DNA of 64,000 nt from Dicyema japonicum (GCA_011109175.1 RDEW01000017.1:434001-498000), one strand, 5' to 3'. Counted from the first letter of the stretch, positions 1 through 13,010 are shown. Numbers and translations are program-made. The notes: a model not told the origin generated them from the letters alone.

Positions 1-1194
1 AAAAAGATTTCTCAATTAGCACTATTAATTCCTAAAGACTCCCCCAAAAAATTCTAGATTTAAATGAGTTTCTTTTTAAAGCTATCCAAGCCAACCATTC
101 GAATTTTTAAAGTCCTGCTTAATGCAGAAACGTTATTTGACAAAATTCTAAATTTGTCTTCAAATGTTATCGTCAAAAATAGATATAAAAATTAATAAAT
201 AATACAACACGTTTTTTGCTTGAAATGTACAAAGATGATGATTTTGAAATCGACAGTATATCCAGTGAATCATCTGACTCTTATACTGAATCATCCAGCA
301 GTCTTCAGGATGTAAACTCTGAAGAAACGATAAATACACTTCCAATAGTCACAACTCATTTTTACGTCTCCTAACTAAACTCTGCCTAAGAATTATCCTC
401 CACAGGATTTTCGAACTTTGTTTTAACGACCGAGTCGAGATTAGAGTGATAGGTCGAATCAATCCAAAGTATCTACACCCAATCCAGCCTTTCCAGTTAA
501 ACAAAAATCGTTTGGGGAAACTCAACAGACCAATTCCTTCCCCAAACCCATAATCTTCAAAAACAGAAATCACGAACTTAAATTGTTTTACAGAAAGGAG
601 GAGTTTATGATGACTGGTATTCTGATTATTTTATATATCCTGGGTTTTCTTGATTTTAACGAATTTGAACGTCTTTACTTTTTGGAGTGAATTTTGGTCA
701 ATCAAAAATGATTTGTGATATAATGCACGTGAGTTCGGTTAATTATGACTTTTACCTTAAATATGATTTCCACCAATTTTCACATTGGAAAATATACAGC
801 CTTGTTGGAGTTGATGGACTATAAAACTAAAATTCCAAATGGAAGAATTCAATGTTTTTTGTTGGCACTAACCACCGTGAAATTGGTGCTTTTGGTGGAG
901 GTGTTTGATGTGGATATAATGCATGATGTGGACACATCATATTTATTTTACTATGATGGTGCATCGTGGGAAAATCCTCAAAAAAAGAGAGTTACAATCA
1001 CTTGTGAGTTGGCAAAAAAGGCAGGTCATTTTTGACATTTTTTAATATAAAAGAGCGTATTTGTTAAGATACTGTTATTTTGATAAAATATTAATTTTGT
1101 AATTTTTAGCCATAAATTTTAATTTAGTGTTTTGTGTAGTTTAAATTTAAAATTTTTTTAAGCACTCCCGGGAAATAAAAAATTAATTAGATTA

Positions 1195-2960
1195 ATTAAG
1201 TTCCCCTTGTGCCACGTCCAGTATCCTCCCCACACATCCTCTTCCATGTTCCCCTGTTCCAGGCCATTGCTCGTAGTGAGTCAAGATCTTCACCATACGT
1301 ATGCTCTTTTTAGAACGCCAGATATTTAAGAATTTTTTATATGCAGCAGTGGAAAGGATTTTTCTGTGGGTAACATCTTCTGAGTCTCCAAGTAGTGAAC
1401 CAACTTTTTTATGCCTTCTCCATGATTCATCGTAATTGCGTACAACTCGTACAAGTTTTGTATATTCAGTTTTGTCTTGGTTGACAACTAAGAACCATTT
1501 AGAAAAGGCATTTGGTAAGTTCTTGAGAACGTGATGAAGAATTTCAACATCTTTAGGAACAAAGTCAAGATCGTCTGCATATATTAACTCGATTATTTTG
1601 TTTTCTCAATTAAAGGCCTGAAATCTCTCAGTGCAGCCTCCAGGTAGATTATAAATAGAACTGGTGACAAAGAGTCTCCTTGCGGAATTCCACGTGAAGT
1701 ATAAAAGAATTCTGAAGTAGTTTTTCCGAGTTTGGTTGCTAGTTGCTTATTCTGCAGTAGTTTTTGTATAATTTTGACATCATCCGTTGTTAGGAAGCTT
1801 GTGAGTACTTCAAGAAGTTTGCCTCTATGAACGAGTCAAACGCTCTGGACATGTCTATTCCGAGAACATCTATGCACTTTTTATATTTTTGGCATAGAGC
1901 ACTTGACCATCTGTGTGTCCAAATGACATCGGCAGTGGATCTGCCTGACCGGAAACCACTTTGTCCTGGTGACAGAAAATACTCCACCTTGTCTTTGATT
2001 CTTTCCAATGTAATGATTGACAAGATTTTTCGCAGCGTAGTTAGTAGGATGATTGGTCTTAGGTTGGAAAGGGGCCCTTTGGGTTTTCCCGGTTTTTGCA
2101 GTGGAATTAACCAACCCTTGCCAATGTCTAACGTAGTGTTTTCTTCAAATATTTTGTTGAGTATATTGGTAATGATTGTTACCAACTTCACTGGGGCATA
2201 CTTTATAAGTTCGGCTGGGATATTCTCTGGTCCTGCCGATCTGTCATTTTTCAATTTTTTAATTGCATCCAGTGTTTCTTGTGTGTTTATTGGGATGTCC
2301 AAACCATGCTTGACTTGTGCACCAAATTTATAGCCTATTTCGTTGTCCCAGTTGAGCACATGATAGTAATAAGCAGATATAGTAGCTGCTTTGTCCTTTT
2401 CATCGATAATTATTCTGCCAAAAATGTCATTGATTATTATGGGGCTTGCACTCTTTTTCTTATTAATTAATTGAATAGCTTTGAACATTTTCACTCCATC
2501 TTTATATTTTTCAATGTCTTCAATTTGTTTTTCTATTTCTTTAGCCGTTAGGGATTTCTGAGTTTGCTTGATTTTTAATAATGTTCAGTTTTGTTGTTGC
2601 CGAAGTTCCTTGGCCTTTTCTGGAGACCTTGAGTTTTCTATCTTCAATCTCAAGGCTTTCTGGTTTTCTGATAGGACGCAAATATCATGATTGTAAAATT
2701 TACGGGGTTTTGTAATACTTCCCAACACATCACAAGCTGTACCTTTCATCGACTTTGTGACTTTGTCCCAAATAATATGAACAGGTTTAGTTTCGTCGAT
2801 ATCATTAAGTTCAAGATATAGTTGATACTCATATTTCTGTTGAGTTGACTTGTCATGTAATAATTGGATATCATATTGCTCCTGCTTTTTATTGGAAGGT
2901 GTTTTCATTTGGTTATGGACTTTGTATAGTCCAATGCGAGTAACCACAATTTGATTTGGG
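1195..2960 (-). mobile_element. RTE-clade non-LTR retrotransposon remnant (linker + reverse transcriptase + C-terminus, frameshifted and internally deleted)
   Basis: ORF 1790-2494 has RT motifs (SAGPENIPAELIK, NLRPIILL, GQSGFRSGRST, GIDMSRAFD). Downstream minus frames give PQGDSLSPVLF and YADD, and the C-terminus DLDSLRAMAWNRGTWKR ends near 1195. ORF 2585-2995 is the pre-RT linker. Confidence 0.9.
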
Positions 2961-3149
2961 GGTTTATTACTATTAAAATAATAAAATCTCCCCAAAATCG
3001 AGATTTTCGATACAAAATTAGAATCAAAAAATTAATATTGCAGCTTATAAAAAGTCAAAGTCGCCAAGAGCATTAAGAAGAGTCAATCTAAAATCCATTA
3101 CCATGGAATATGATGATTCATACAAAATTTTAAAATTGGATATCCCGCA

Positions 3150-3260
3150 TTAATTAAGAAATGACGGAAGAAGAAAAATAGCATTAATGATGGATAATGC
3201 GACTTGTGTATCTGCATTCAATATTCAAACATAGACATAATATTTTTTTCCGAAATACGA
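3150..3260 (+). mobile_element. pogo/Tigger DDE transposase fragment (degenerate)
   Basis: Translates RRKIALMMDNATC, the pogo-type 'K..LL.DNA..H' motif. Confidence 0.5.
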
Positions 3261-3949
3261 CTTGTTTAATACATAACCAAGGGATAAGCGTTTAAAAACA
3301 TTTATTAGATCAGTGTATCTCAACATTTTTTTTCGTATCGCTCTTATGAAAAAATTTTCGCCCGTCAATAATTTATCGCCCCCATAATAATTATAGTAAT
3401 GTTACAAGGGCTTCACACGCTCTCTTGCCATCTCGCAGTAGCCGGTTCCATAGGGATGCCGCCATCAAGGGGTTGTGAAGGACTCTCTTGAGGCGGTTGG
3501 GTCCTCGTCATCTCTGGAACAGGTGGGTCTGGATCGCAGAGACGGAAAACGCTGAAGTAACTTTTTTCCCCATATCTCTGGGAAAATGCTTGATTTGAGA
3601 TGGGGCCGACACGTTTTCCCAAACGAGACTTTAAGGGTGCTTCTCAGCAAGATTCTCAACAAGATTCCATATACAGCCCGTAATCGTCGAGACGACCGGA
3701 GTCTTCGGTCTCTTCTAAGATTTTACTTTTGATTACATCAAGAAATTCTTATACTGCAGAATTATCATAATTCTGAATTATGAGTCACATGAGGCTTGCT
3801 GATTTAAATCCATTATTTTAAACTTCTAACCCATGCTTTACATTCAGGATTCTTATCAGAAGCATTTTGACTTAGATATTTCGATTATGAAACACGGGGC
3901 AGCTCAGTAGACTGGCCGCCTTTAAGAATTTTTGTTGTAATTCAATTAG

Positions 3950-4240
3950 AAGATTTTCAATAGGTTGGATCTTGTGTTCTGGTTAAATCAACTTTACTGC
4001 AGTCTCCTCGATTGTCTCCATAGGAGAGGATTAGACAGTTTTCATTACAAGTTTGTTGTATGTCGTTTATGTAGAGATTGAAGAGTTGGGGTGACAGTAG
4101 GGAGCCTTGAGAAAATCCATTTGGAAAGTAGCGAAATCTTGATTTTATTTGTTGCTGAGTGATTGCTCGTCTTTTATTTAAGAAGTTTCCAAGCCAAAGT
4201 TTCAAGTTTGGGTGGATGTTGGTTTCAAATATCTTTTTTG
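3950..4240 (-). mobile_element. LINE reverse transcriptase fragment (Jockey/I-like)
   Basis: ORF 3957-4205: WLGNFLNKRR...NGFSQGSLLSPQLFNLYINDI...LSYGD (decayed PQG and YADD motifs). Confidence 0.8.
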
Positions 4241-4539
4241 TAACGGGTTTCTTGGGGGCTAGTCGAAGATATACTACCGACCCGTCACTTTACCAGCCAA
4301 AAATTTGAGTTGATGCCATGTCTAATGAGAAGAGCTGTACAGGATTCTCGACCCCTCCGGACTTGTGTTCATTCTTGTCGTCTGGGATAACATTCTAGAT
4401 AAATAATTTCACATTATAATGGAGGAGTTGAGTAATCTACGGTAAATAAAATAATCAGTAAACCTGATGTTGAGTTATCATCATTTGTTATAGCTACGGT
4501 TAATACTCGAACATTAACCTGGTGTCATAATCACCTGAG

Positions 4540-5550
4540 AAAGTTATTTGATATAAAACTCAATAGAAATATGGATTTTTGTGACGGCGGAAAACAGGCG
4601 ATTTGGGTGGTAGCCACCAGGATCTTCAGCGATTTTTTCTGGTTTCCTTACAAAACCAGTTCTACTACGTCCAACTCTGGGAATACAATCCAACATGAGG
4701 CTACCGCCATATAATCTTACAAATACGTCCATTAGGTTGTCCGTTTCCTTCGTAAAGAGGACCATTAATATTCTGTCAGACCAAGTAGTAAGGGACTCTG
4801 GCTATCACCTGGATAACAATGCTTGAGATTATAACGGTTTTTCATTCGCATCGGTCTTTTTATAAGTATTATTTTACTTAAAACCTGATGCAGGTACTTT
4901 CCCTCATGGTCCCTGATGACGATTTGATCACAAAAATCTCATTTTAATGAATAACAAAATTTAGACTTCCTCTAACTGAGGGACCTTCCACGTGGTCCAT
5001 ATTTTATGTATTTTTGTTGACTTATTTAGATTATAATTCCTGGACTGGTCGTCTGTTTCTCGTCCAGAGCCTTCTGAGTTTCCACCGTCCACTAGTTTTT
5101 CAGAAACAATACGAGATGGATTTTTTTCTTATTTTTGCAATAGGCATCCACCGTAGAAATGCCATGGTTGATGTAGACTCTACATCGACTATACTCTGCA
5201 CCAAGATAAGCGCAACGAAAATATCTCTCTGTTCACTTTGGTAGAAGCGTATCACGTGTCAGAAGCGTTGGCAGTTATAGCACCTGGCTTTTGACTTCAG
5301 AGCCTATTCACAGTGTATCTTCTCAAATTCAAACAAAAATCTACTCCCACAAACGACTTTACAGTCTAGCGATGCGGAGTCTTTTCCCTTCCTTGCTCAT
5401 CCGAGATATTGGGTTAGTAGAAGGAGCCAAGCATCTTATTAGGTTAGAAAGCCATGGTTCCTTAAAACACGTGGGCTTTTCTGAGTCCATCTGGCATATT
5501 GTCTTTATGTAAAGATAAAAGTCATCCCCCGATAAGAATTCCAAATGGAT
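4540..5550 (-). mobile_element. Decayed LINE ORF2 remnant
   Basis: Frameshifted RT-like segment (...KIAEDPGGYHPN..FRRHK) with stop-riddled upstream coding-like sequence. Confidence 0.45.
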
Positions 5551-6289
5551 TTAGTGGATTAAAGTAAATGGTTCACATAAAATGATGTATTCTAATATAT
5601 CTTCAATATAATTGACGATATTCCTTTTTTTGTTTTAAAGCTCTCTTCTCAAAAATACAGTGAATGTTCCACAAGTTTATTTGTCCGTGGAAGAGATGTA
5701 ACAAAACGTTGACTCGATGGTTGCAAAAAACTTATGAAAAAAATCTCAAATACATCTCTTATTTGGATGAAAAAATCTACAATTATAATAAAGTGTTCAG
5801 GTTTCTTTAGATTTTTCTAATACCGGATATTTTTCGGTTTTCCTATCCTCGGCTCGGAAATGGCTGTTTGAAGTATCCTTCTTGCAGTCTTTAAAGGAAA
5901 GTGCCACGCAGCCAGCTATTCAACTCTCCAAATTTGTCTGTTAATACAATGTTTAATCCCGGATGTACCTTTATACTAATATTAAGTTTTGAATTAAGAT
6001 AAATCTTCATAAATGTTATAAATAGTCATAGTTGGGGTTTTGTTAAATAGACAAGTGGGAGACTGATTTAGCACATTCTCATACAAATAAGAGGGAAAGC
6101 TCAAGTTAGTAAATCTAGTTAGTTGTTATGACGATGTATCACTATCCAGAAAACCTCAGCACGTAATGTAAGTTGCCTCTCATATCGCGAGCCCTATGTT
6201 CTGTAAGACTCATCGCTCACTTTTCCGCTGTCCTACAAGCCGCCCGATTAGCCTGTTAAACTCAGATATTTATTATTATTAAGGCACTT

Positions 6290-6770
6290 TCACGAAAGCC
6301 ATAATGTTTATAGCCCCACATGTGCAACACTCAAAGAAACAATATTTATAGTTAGTCTTTTCCATTTTCCTCTGTCGAATGCGAGTGATCTCAATTTGTC
6401 CAGGTCGTTTCCTGTCTTTAGATTTTTTCTCACACGATTTAAGTTTTTGTTTAAGGCAGTTGGAAGTGTCAATCTAGGTCGTCCGCGGAAGGGTTTGTTG
6501 CAACTGTCAAAGTAATCTTCCATCGCTTTATTAGCGGGTGCTTCCGGGTTCATTCTTAGTACATGCCCAAATAGCCTCCACCGGGCATCTATCACATCTT
6601 TGCTGATGTATGAACACATACACTTGTTGTAGATACCAGTGGTTGATATTCTACGTGGCCACTCCATTCCGAGTAAGCTTCTTAGTTGCATTCTATGGAA
6701 CGAATCCAGTTTCAATAGTTCGTTGAAGGAACTTCCACAGGTCCCAGCTTCCCCATGTCCCAAACTCAGA
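6290..6770 (-). mobile_element. RTE retrotransposon 3' end
   Basis: ORF 6308-6763: LDSFHRMQLRSLLG..WPRRIS...RWRLFGHVLRM..EAPANKAMEDYF...FRGRPRLTLP...LRSLAFDRGKW, followed by a short 3'UTR and (TAA)n tail. Confidence 0.9.
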
Positions 6771-7399
6771 AATGCTAATTTTAATTGACTATTTGAAGGT
6801 CAGATCTCAATTTCAAAATGAGTTCAAATCATAACAAGTATGGCGATGTATAGATCTCCTCAATAAACCCAGAGGACGAATCTTATTTTCTTACAAAAAC
6901 ACCTCTGCAACTATAATGAAGTGTAAATTAACTAGGAAACTTGACAAGAAATTAACAATTCCAAAGACCACGGTAACACCAAACCAAATGCTCACTTGAT
7001 TCGATACGCTCAATCTGAAACCTCATTTGGTCCGATGGTCATCCCTCAAGCTTATACAACCAGGTATCTGCCGAATAACTTGATGCTCGCAGTCGCATGG
7101 ACACACCCCACGGTTTTTACAGAATATGGATTCCAAAGGCATTGAAAAGAAGACTTTACCAGATAAAATTTAAAGTAAAGTCATAGCACGTTGCTGCTGA
7201 TGATCGGATCAGTATTGATATGCGGAAGAGGTCATCAGACAGGCTAATGATATATTTCTTGATCCGTGTTTCGGAGTAATTTTTGGTTTGGTTTCTTCAT
7301 AAATGTATTGCACACTATAATTATTTTTCACCTCAAACAATTATGGAAATTATTATGAATTAATTTGCAATGCTAGAGTAAGTTGCGTAATCTCCAAAA

Positions 7400-8110
7400 A
7401 TCAAATCCACCCATATCCGCCATTGTGGGAATACCCCAGTGGAGTAGGGAGGAGAGATTCATTTTGGATGCTACGCACCGGGCAGCTCCTGAGACAAGTG
7501 GCACACAGTTTTCGAGATTTCTCACGTTCCAGGATTATAAGTAAGGATCAGTTTCACGAAAGCCTCATACAATCTGAATCGGAGTGATGCGCAGACTGTA
7601 TTTCTTTGGATCCATCCTTTCAAAAGCTTCTGCATGGTCACCATGGATAACAATTGCCTTCTGGTAATGTCTTCGAATCCTGATCCAGGAAACTTTCCGA
7701 CACTCCAATGAATTTTCTGGTTCCAAATTCCAAGAATAATCCTTGAACTTTGGAATCTTTGATGAATAGCACAATGCCACAAATATCACCATACTAAATC
7801 AGCTGGTGATCTCCCAGTTCTGAACCCGCTCTGGCTTTGAGCCAAGTACCCTTCCACTTGTTCTTGAATCTGAGTAGGTACGATCAGGGAAAGGATCTTC
7901 CGCAGGGTATTTAGAAGGATGACTGGACGCAAGTTTTCAACAGGTTTGGCGGGTTTATTTCCTTTCATGGATTGGTATTAGCACCTTTTTTCCAAGCTCT
8001 GAAAAGTCCTTGTTAGATATCATACCATTCAGCAAACTAGAGAGTTTCTCTGCAAGTTCTGCTAGGCCAAATTTAAAAAACTCTGAAGATATGTTGTCTG
8101 GTCCCGGTTT
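7400..8110 (-). mobile_element. Composite RTE remnant (RT piece, post-RT piece, then an RTE 5'-head segment)
   Basis: KKPGPDNISSEF; NLRPVILLNTLRKILS; QSQSGFRTGRS; LRFRLYEAFVKLILTYN. The 7400-7520 segment matches the dispersed RTE-head repeat. Confidence 0.85.
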
Positions 8111-8402
8111 TTTGGTGAAGTGGTGACGTACCACTCTTGCAGTATATGTTGTCTGGTCCCGATTTTTTGGTTGAAGTAGTTACGTCCCTCTCTTGCACTC
8201 ATGTCAAATACGAGATTTGAAAAAATGTGCTTAACGTGTGTCTTGTGCCTTACTCGAATACGAGATTTGAGAAAAATGTGCTTAACATGGTGTCTTGTGC
8301 CTCACTCGGACATAAGGTAATAAAATATTTAAAATAAAGTTAATTTGATAAAATAAAGAATATAATAATTAAACAACCATTTAAACATTGATTTCGTGAT
8401 GA

Positions 8403-9025
8403 ATGTTTGTGTGTTATATTGTTATCGCAGTTAAGTTTAGTAATTGGAGACATGTTCATTCCTTTCAGATCAGGTGAGGTCCCTGGTCCCTTCAAAAAGC
8501 TTATAGGAACAGGACAAATAAAAAATGTGTATTGCACGGGAAATCTATGTTCGCAAACCACATTGGAGTACCTCAGAAGCATAAGTAATGAGCTTTACAT
8601 TTCACGGGGTGATTTTGACGACAATCAGAGTCTTCCTGACCACGTGGTCAGTACAGTCTCAAACTTTAGGATTGGAATGTGGCATGGACATCAGGTAGAT
8701 ATAATAGTTTTATCCATAGCTAGCTTCCTCCATGGGGGGATAAGGGAAATTTACTTCTCATGCAACGAAAATTAGGAGTTGATATCCTAATAAGTGGTCA
8801 TACCCATAGTCCCCAGATTGATCAAATTGATGGGAAACTATTCATTAATCCTGGGACCTTTACTGGAGCCTTTAGTCCTCTCAATATGTAATTATGGTAT
8901 TTATTAGATATCCGATTCCTACATTTCTTTTATTGGACATTCAGCATTCGGTTGTTACCATTTATAAGTATTCGTTGGTGAACGGAGATGTCAAAGTGGA
9001 AGAGTTCACTTATCAAAAGAATTAG
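8403..9025 (+). CDS. VPS29: Retromer subunit VPS29, 183 aa; introns 8409-8430 (22 nt), 8695-8723 (29 nt), 8888-8907 (20 nt)
   Basis: Spliced protein MFLSLVIGDMFIPFR...CTGNLC...RGDFD...HGHQLPPWGD...DILISGHTH...FINPGTFTGAFS...VKVEEFTYQKN* is collinear with canonical VPS29. Removing three GT-AG introns gives 552 nt in frame. Confidence 0.96.
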
Positions 9026-9429
9026 TTAAGATTTTACTTTTTGGTTTTACTGAGATTAATAAAAGAATTTACAAATGAATGTGGTTATAGGGTTAACCAA
9101 TTGGTCACAAAATTTTTTTAAGGGTGTTGTTTTTTATGTGAAATATTAAATTAACAACTAAGATGCCAGGATTGTGTAAGTGTTCCCTCTGATCACTGCC
9201 ATTTCGAGTCTCAGTCGAAGTCTTACGCGGGGATCTCTTTGAGCGATCCTTCGTCGAATATCATAAAGAACTCCGTCCGTTATCTCTCCCATGACGTAGT
9301 TTTTCCGGATAGGATGATTGTTGGGTAAGAAATACTAGAGACCTTGTTCGTGTATTGAAGGATATACTTGTGGGTAAGAAATCCTAAAGACTCTGTTCGT
9401 GTGTTGAAGACGTTTGTTTGCATTCATAG

Positions 9430-9570
9430 GGGTTTATTATTAATGAACCGAGATCACTGTTAAACCGTGACTAAGTGATTTCAACTCAAACCGGTAATGG
9501 CCGCAGCTTAGCACGGTGCTTTTCCCTCGATCTCAACAAAGTTCGTAATGACCGGGAACTGTCCTATTTA
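9430..9570 (-). mobile_element. 3' end of the '...IT*' LINE family
   Basis: ...KHRAKL...VEIT* followed by the short 3'UTR motif CAGTGATCTCGG and a TAATAATAA tail, as in other copies in the window. Confidence 0.6.
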
Positions 9571-9581
9571 AAGTTAATAAT

Positions 9582-10197
9582 TAGGGAAATTTAAGTGCTA
9601 AAATGCTATTTTTATTTTTATACTTATTTTAATATAAAATTGAATTTGGAATAATTATTTTTTAATTTTATTTAAAATAAACATACATTATAAATGCTAT
9701 AAGTGCTATTTTTAAATTTAAATGCTAATTTTTTAAAATGATAATTTAAATTGCATTTAAAAAATCATTTTAATATCGTTAGATATTGTCCACCGAACAT
9801 CACGCTGCGTAGAAACAACTGACTTATTTTTGTAATAATGACTTTTTTCGCTAAGGGAAATGATTATAAGCATCTATATGAAGTCCATAACGGTCTTTTC
9901 TTAGGCAGGGGGTCGTTAATAGCTCAGCTTTGACTTTGTCGGTATCGTTTTAACACCACTAAGTCGTTGAGATTTAGCAATTTATTTAAAAAAAATTTAT
10001 AATAACATTTACAAATTCGGCATTCTTCATTTTTTTAATTTTAGATCTAATATTCAAAAAAATTTCATTAATTCATTTTAGAGCCTTATTTCTTGAAGCA
10101 TGTATTGCAAAAGAACCGATTTTACAATTTTAAATGCTAGATTTTGTAATTTTTAGCGCTAAAAAATTTTTTTAAGTGCTAGAAACAACTTGCCCCA
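9582..10197. mobile_element. Non-autonomous hAT-like MITE (~616 bp)
   Basis: Starts TAGGGAAATT and ends ACTTGCCCCA (imperfect TIR). Exact 8-bp direct repeat TTAATAAT at 9574-9581 and 10198-10205. Repeated subterminal TGCTA motifs. Confidence 0.6.
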
Positions 10198-10699
10198 TTA
10201 ATAATCAATTAAACATTATCATAAATCTTATCATTCTCCCATGAAACTAAAGGGCCACATCAACCTCATTGATAGATTGCCGGGGTACAAAAGTCTCACT
10301 TAGAATATTTGAGGTTAGGCAAGTCTGCATTTGCTATGTATCCCCAGAAAAGGGATTAAATTGAAGCGTTACTTATGTAGGTGGATTAATGTAGTGCAGG
10401 TACTCAGTATTTCTGACAGACTCCATTCTATCAGATTAAGACTTTTAGAGGAAAGTTACGAACAACTTGTGTGATAGCCTCTCTTCCTTTAACCTTGCTA
10501 TGGTTGCAACTAACCCATGTTCTGCTTGGAACCCTAAAAATGAAAAAATACGAATATCTCGGTGTGGAAACGTCAGGAATCAAAGAAGCAGGTCACTGAC
10601 CATGCTAAATAGAATCGGATCGCGAAAAGGATAAATGATAGGAGCGAAAGGAGCTGGCTCATTTGATATCTCAATTATGAGAGTAGCAAGTAGTTGTTC

Positions 10700-10860
10700 A
10701 AAACTAATTACATGTATCCAGTTCACACCGTCACAGAAAAAGAGTCCTTTAACGTCATACGAGTCTACCCAGAATCTTCATAAAAGGTGGAAGACGTCTA
10801 TTGCTTGCAGTTGCGGGAACCCCTCCAGGGGAGCCACCTGACACTGGACGCCATTATATT
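10700..10860 (-). mobile_element. RTE 5'-head short element copy
   Basis: Shares the CCCCTGGAGGGGTTCCC core and CTGGATACA end with copies near 21850, 25200, 34100 and 58960. Confidence 0.6.
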
Positions 10861-10999
10861 AAAAAAGGAAGAGGAGGAACAGAAGAAACAAACAAAATCT
10901 CTTCAATTAAGTAGGCATAAAGCACCACATGGCTTAAGATTCCCTCATGTAACGTCAAGTCAGAACACGTGCCGAATTCATAATTTAGAGTTTTCAGAG

Positions 11000-11850
11000 A
11001 GTCATGTTTTATCATGGATTGACCTTATGGAATCCAAAGATTTGAGAATATGCAGTATTACAGAAGCTACGTTGCTCCTAAGCTTTGGCGATCGACGACG
11101 TCGTACAAAATATTTCATTTGTGATACCTAGACGATCTACAATTTGTAGCACCACTGAAGTACTGCTGGACGACCTCCACGTTGCTTTACTCTTTCTACG
11201 TGAACTCGGATTTTACGTGAATTGTACCAAAGCCGAACTCATCAGCATTTCGATGGCTGAAAATCACTTCGTCATTACGGAGAATTTGGAGAATTGCTGC
11301 CTGACCCAACGTTGACCAATGTGTTGGATTTGACCTTTTTCAGTGATTATAAACAAAGAATACTCTCTCCTTAAAGAAAAAGATCTCGGTTCCATGTCCA
11401 GAAGACAATTTAGGAGTCGAAGACAGCCACTGGTAAGATTCCACGGTAATAAAAACTTTAATGAAATAAATAGATCGATATGCCGAATTTTCTGAATTCC
11501 AATTCGACAACTTTGAGGAATTTACGAAAGTCTTTTAAAGATCTGCTGGTGTCATCTAACCAACATCGCCATGCCTTTTTGTTGGCAGGGGCGTCTTCCA
11601 AGAGCGGTGCATGGCTCAAAGCCATTCCTAATGGAGTTTTTGGTACCTTTCTGGATGATGAATGCATACGTATTGGGAATCTCATGATGACTCAGATTAA
11701 AAGTCTGTGTCCGTGTCGATGGGGAGATCAGATCGACTATTTTGGCCTATACCCTCTTTCCTGCAGGGGGAGAACAGGAAGATCTCCCAGACACATGGCT
11801 TTGAACGAAATCGTTAGGCGAGCTTCGGTCATTCCGATTGCATCATCAGG
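11000..11850 (+). mobile_element. CRE-clade non-LTR retrotransposon internal fragment
   Basis: RELGFYVNCTKAELI; HAFLLAGASSKSGAWLKAIPNGVFGTFLDD..IRIG; CPCRWGDQID.FGLYPLSC...GRSPRHMALNEIVRRA, which is the CRE post-RT CCHC region. Confidence 0.8.
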
Positions 11851-12329
11851 AATTGCAGTCACATTTAAATGGCTGTTCTATAATATCGAATGTTTTTCTT
11901 CATATAATCTCCATGTGATCGCTCGGATTGTAAATTCTTCTGATATTCTATTAAAAAACCCGATTAAAGACTGCTATTCCTGATAATGCAATCTGAAGGA
12001 CCAATTTTCTCTGAATTCTAATTTTTACTAATACAATAAACCCTCATTAATCCGAAAAAATTGGATGCCTTTCGGATTGTGAAGTGAATAAATATACTAA
12101 TTTTATTGTAATTAATATTAATATTTTTATATATAATAATAATCTGTCCATTTCAGCATTAATGGTTTACTCGTCGACATTATAATCTTCACAAGGAATG
12201 ACGATTTCGTTCTCGTCGAGCATTTCTGTTTGAGTTATTTTTCCTTCATTAGGAAGTTCTTCTGTTCTTTTCGGTAGTCTTTCTAAACAGAATCTTGCAT
12301 GACTGTCTCTGCACCATAATGATGGCCTT

Positions 12330-12540
12330 CCTTAAATTCCAAAAAATTCTTTATCCAAATCAAGGACTTCCATATAATACAAAAAAACCTTTTTCTATGC
12401 TTAAAGTTCTTGATTATCCCTGCGTTCAGCGGTTGAAGACGAACAGTTTTGTTTTTTTTGAAGGATTAAAATTTCAATGTTTCAAAAAATTTTGTTTAGC
12501 ATTATCAACCAGAAAAAAAACTTTTTCATAAACATTTTGA
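12330..12540 (-). mobile_element. pogo/Tigger DDE transposase fragment
   Basis: Frameshifted minus-strand translation KVFFLVDNAK ... VRLQPLNAGIIKNFKH, matching the pogo QPLD.GII..FK motif. Confidence 0.7.
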
Positions 12541-12812
12541 ATCATCACAAAGATGACATTTATTCAACAAGTGAATTATCAACTTGTTAATCATAGTTTC
12601 ACAATTTTCCCATTTTCCACATTTTTTAAGAATTTCTGAAGGTGTCGAAATTCCAAAATATAGGTTCATTTTTATTTCAAAAATCTCTCTCTATATATAA
12701 AGCCTTTTCACGAGAGCTATAGTATTTATAGCTCCGCATAGGCAGGACACACACTTTATTTAAGTAAAGAACAGTTAATTTTAACTAATCGTAGAACCAA
12801 GGAATGATCTTC

Positions 12813-13010
12813 ATTTCTTTTTTTCTTTTTCTTGTGTGAGTGTCCTTTCTAGACAATCCAGTTCCGCAGTGAGTATTCACTGATGACGTCGTCACTCGTC
12901 AAACCCTTTCTGCATCGTAGATGCGTGGAACTTTCCACCAGGTGAACAGCAGCGAGAATCGAACCCGTAGCCTAAGCCACTTAAGCCCGACACCTAACCA
13001 CTAAGCCACA
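12813..13010 (-). mobile_element. tRNA-derived SINE
   Basis: Minus strand begins GTGGCTTAGTGGTTAGG (A box) ... GGGTTCGATTCTC (B box), then a ~120-nt unique body and an A-rich tail. The body recurs at 63236-63350. Confidence 0.75.

Noticed and set aside
1827-2333. 168-aa plus-strand ORF
   Set aside because: Antisense shadow of the RTE reverse transcriptase. The same applies to many other short ORFs in the track.
8090-8310. Tandem repeats (58 bp x2 and ~52 bp x2) upstream of VPS29 as a regulatory array
   Set aside because: The first pair duplicates a piece of RTE RT (GPDNI); the second has only two copies and no supporting evidence of function.
12940-13010. Functional tRNA gene
   Set aside because: A and B boxes are present but I cannot form a proper acceptor stem; it runs into a repeated body, so it is treated as a SINE head.
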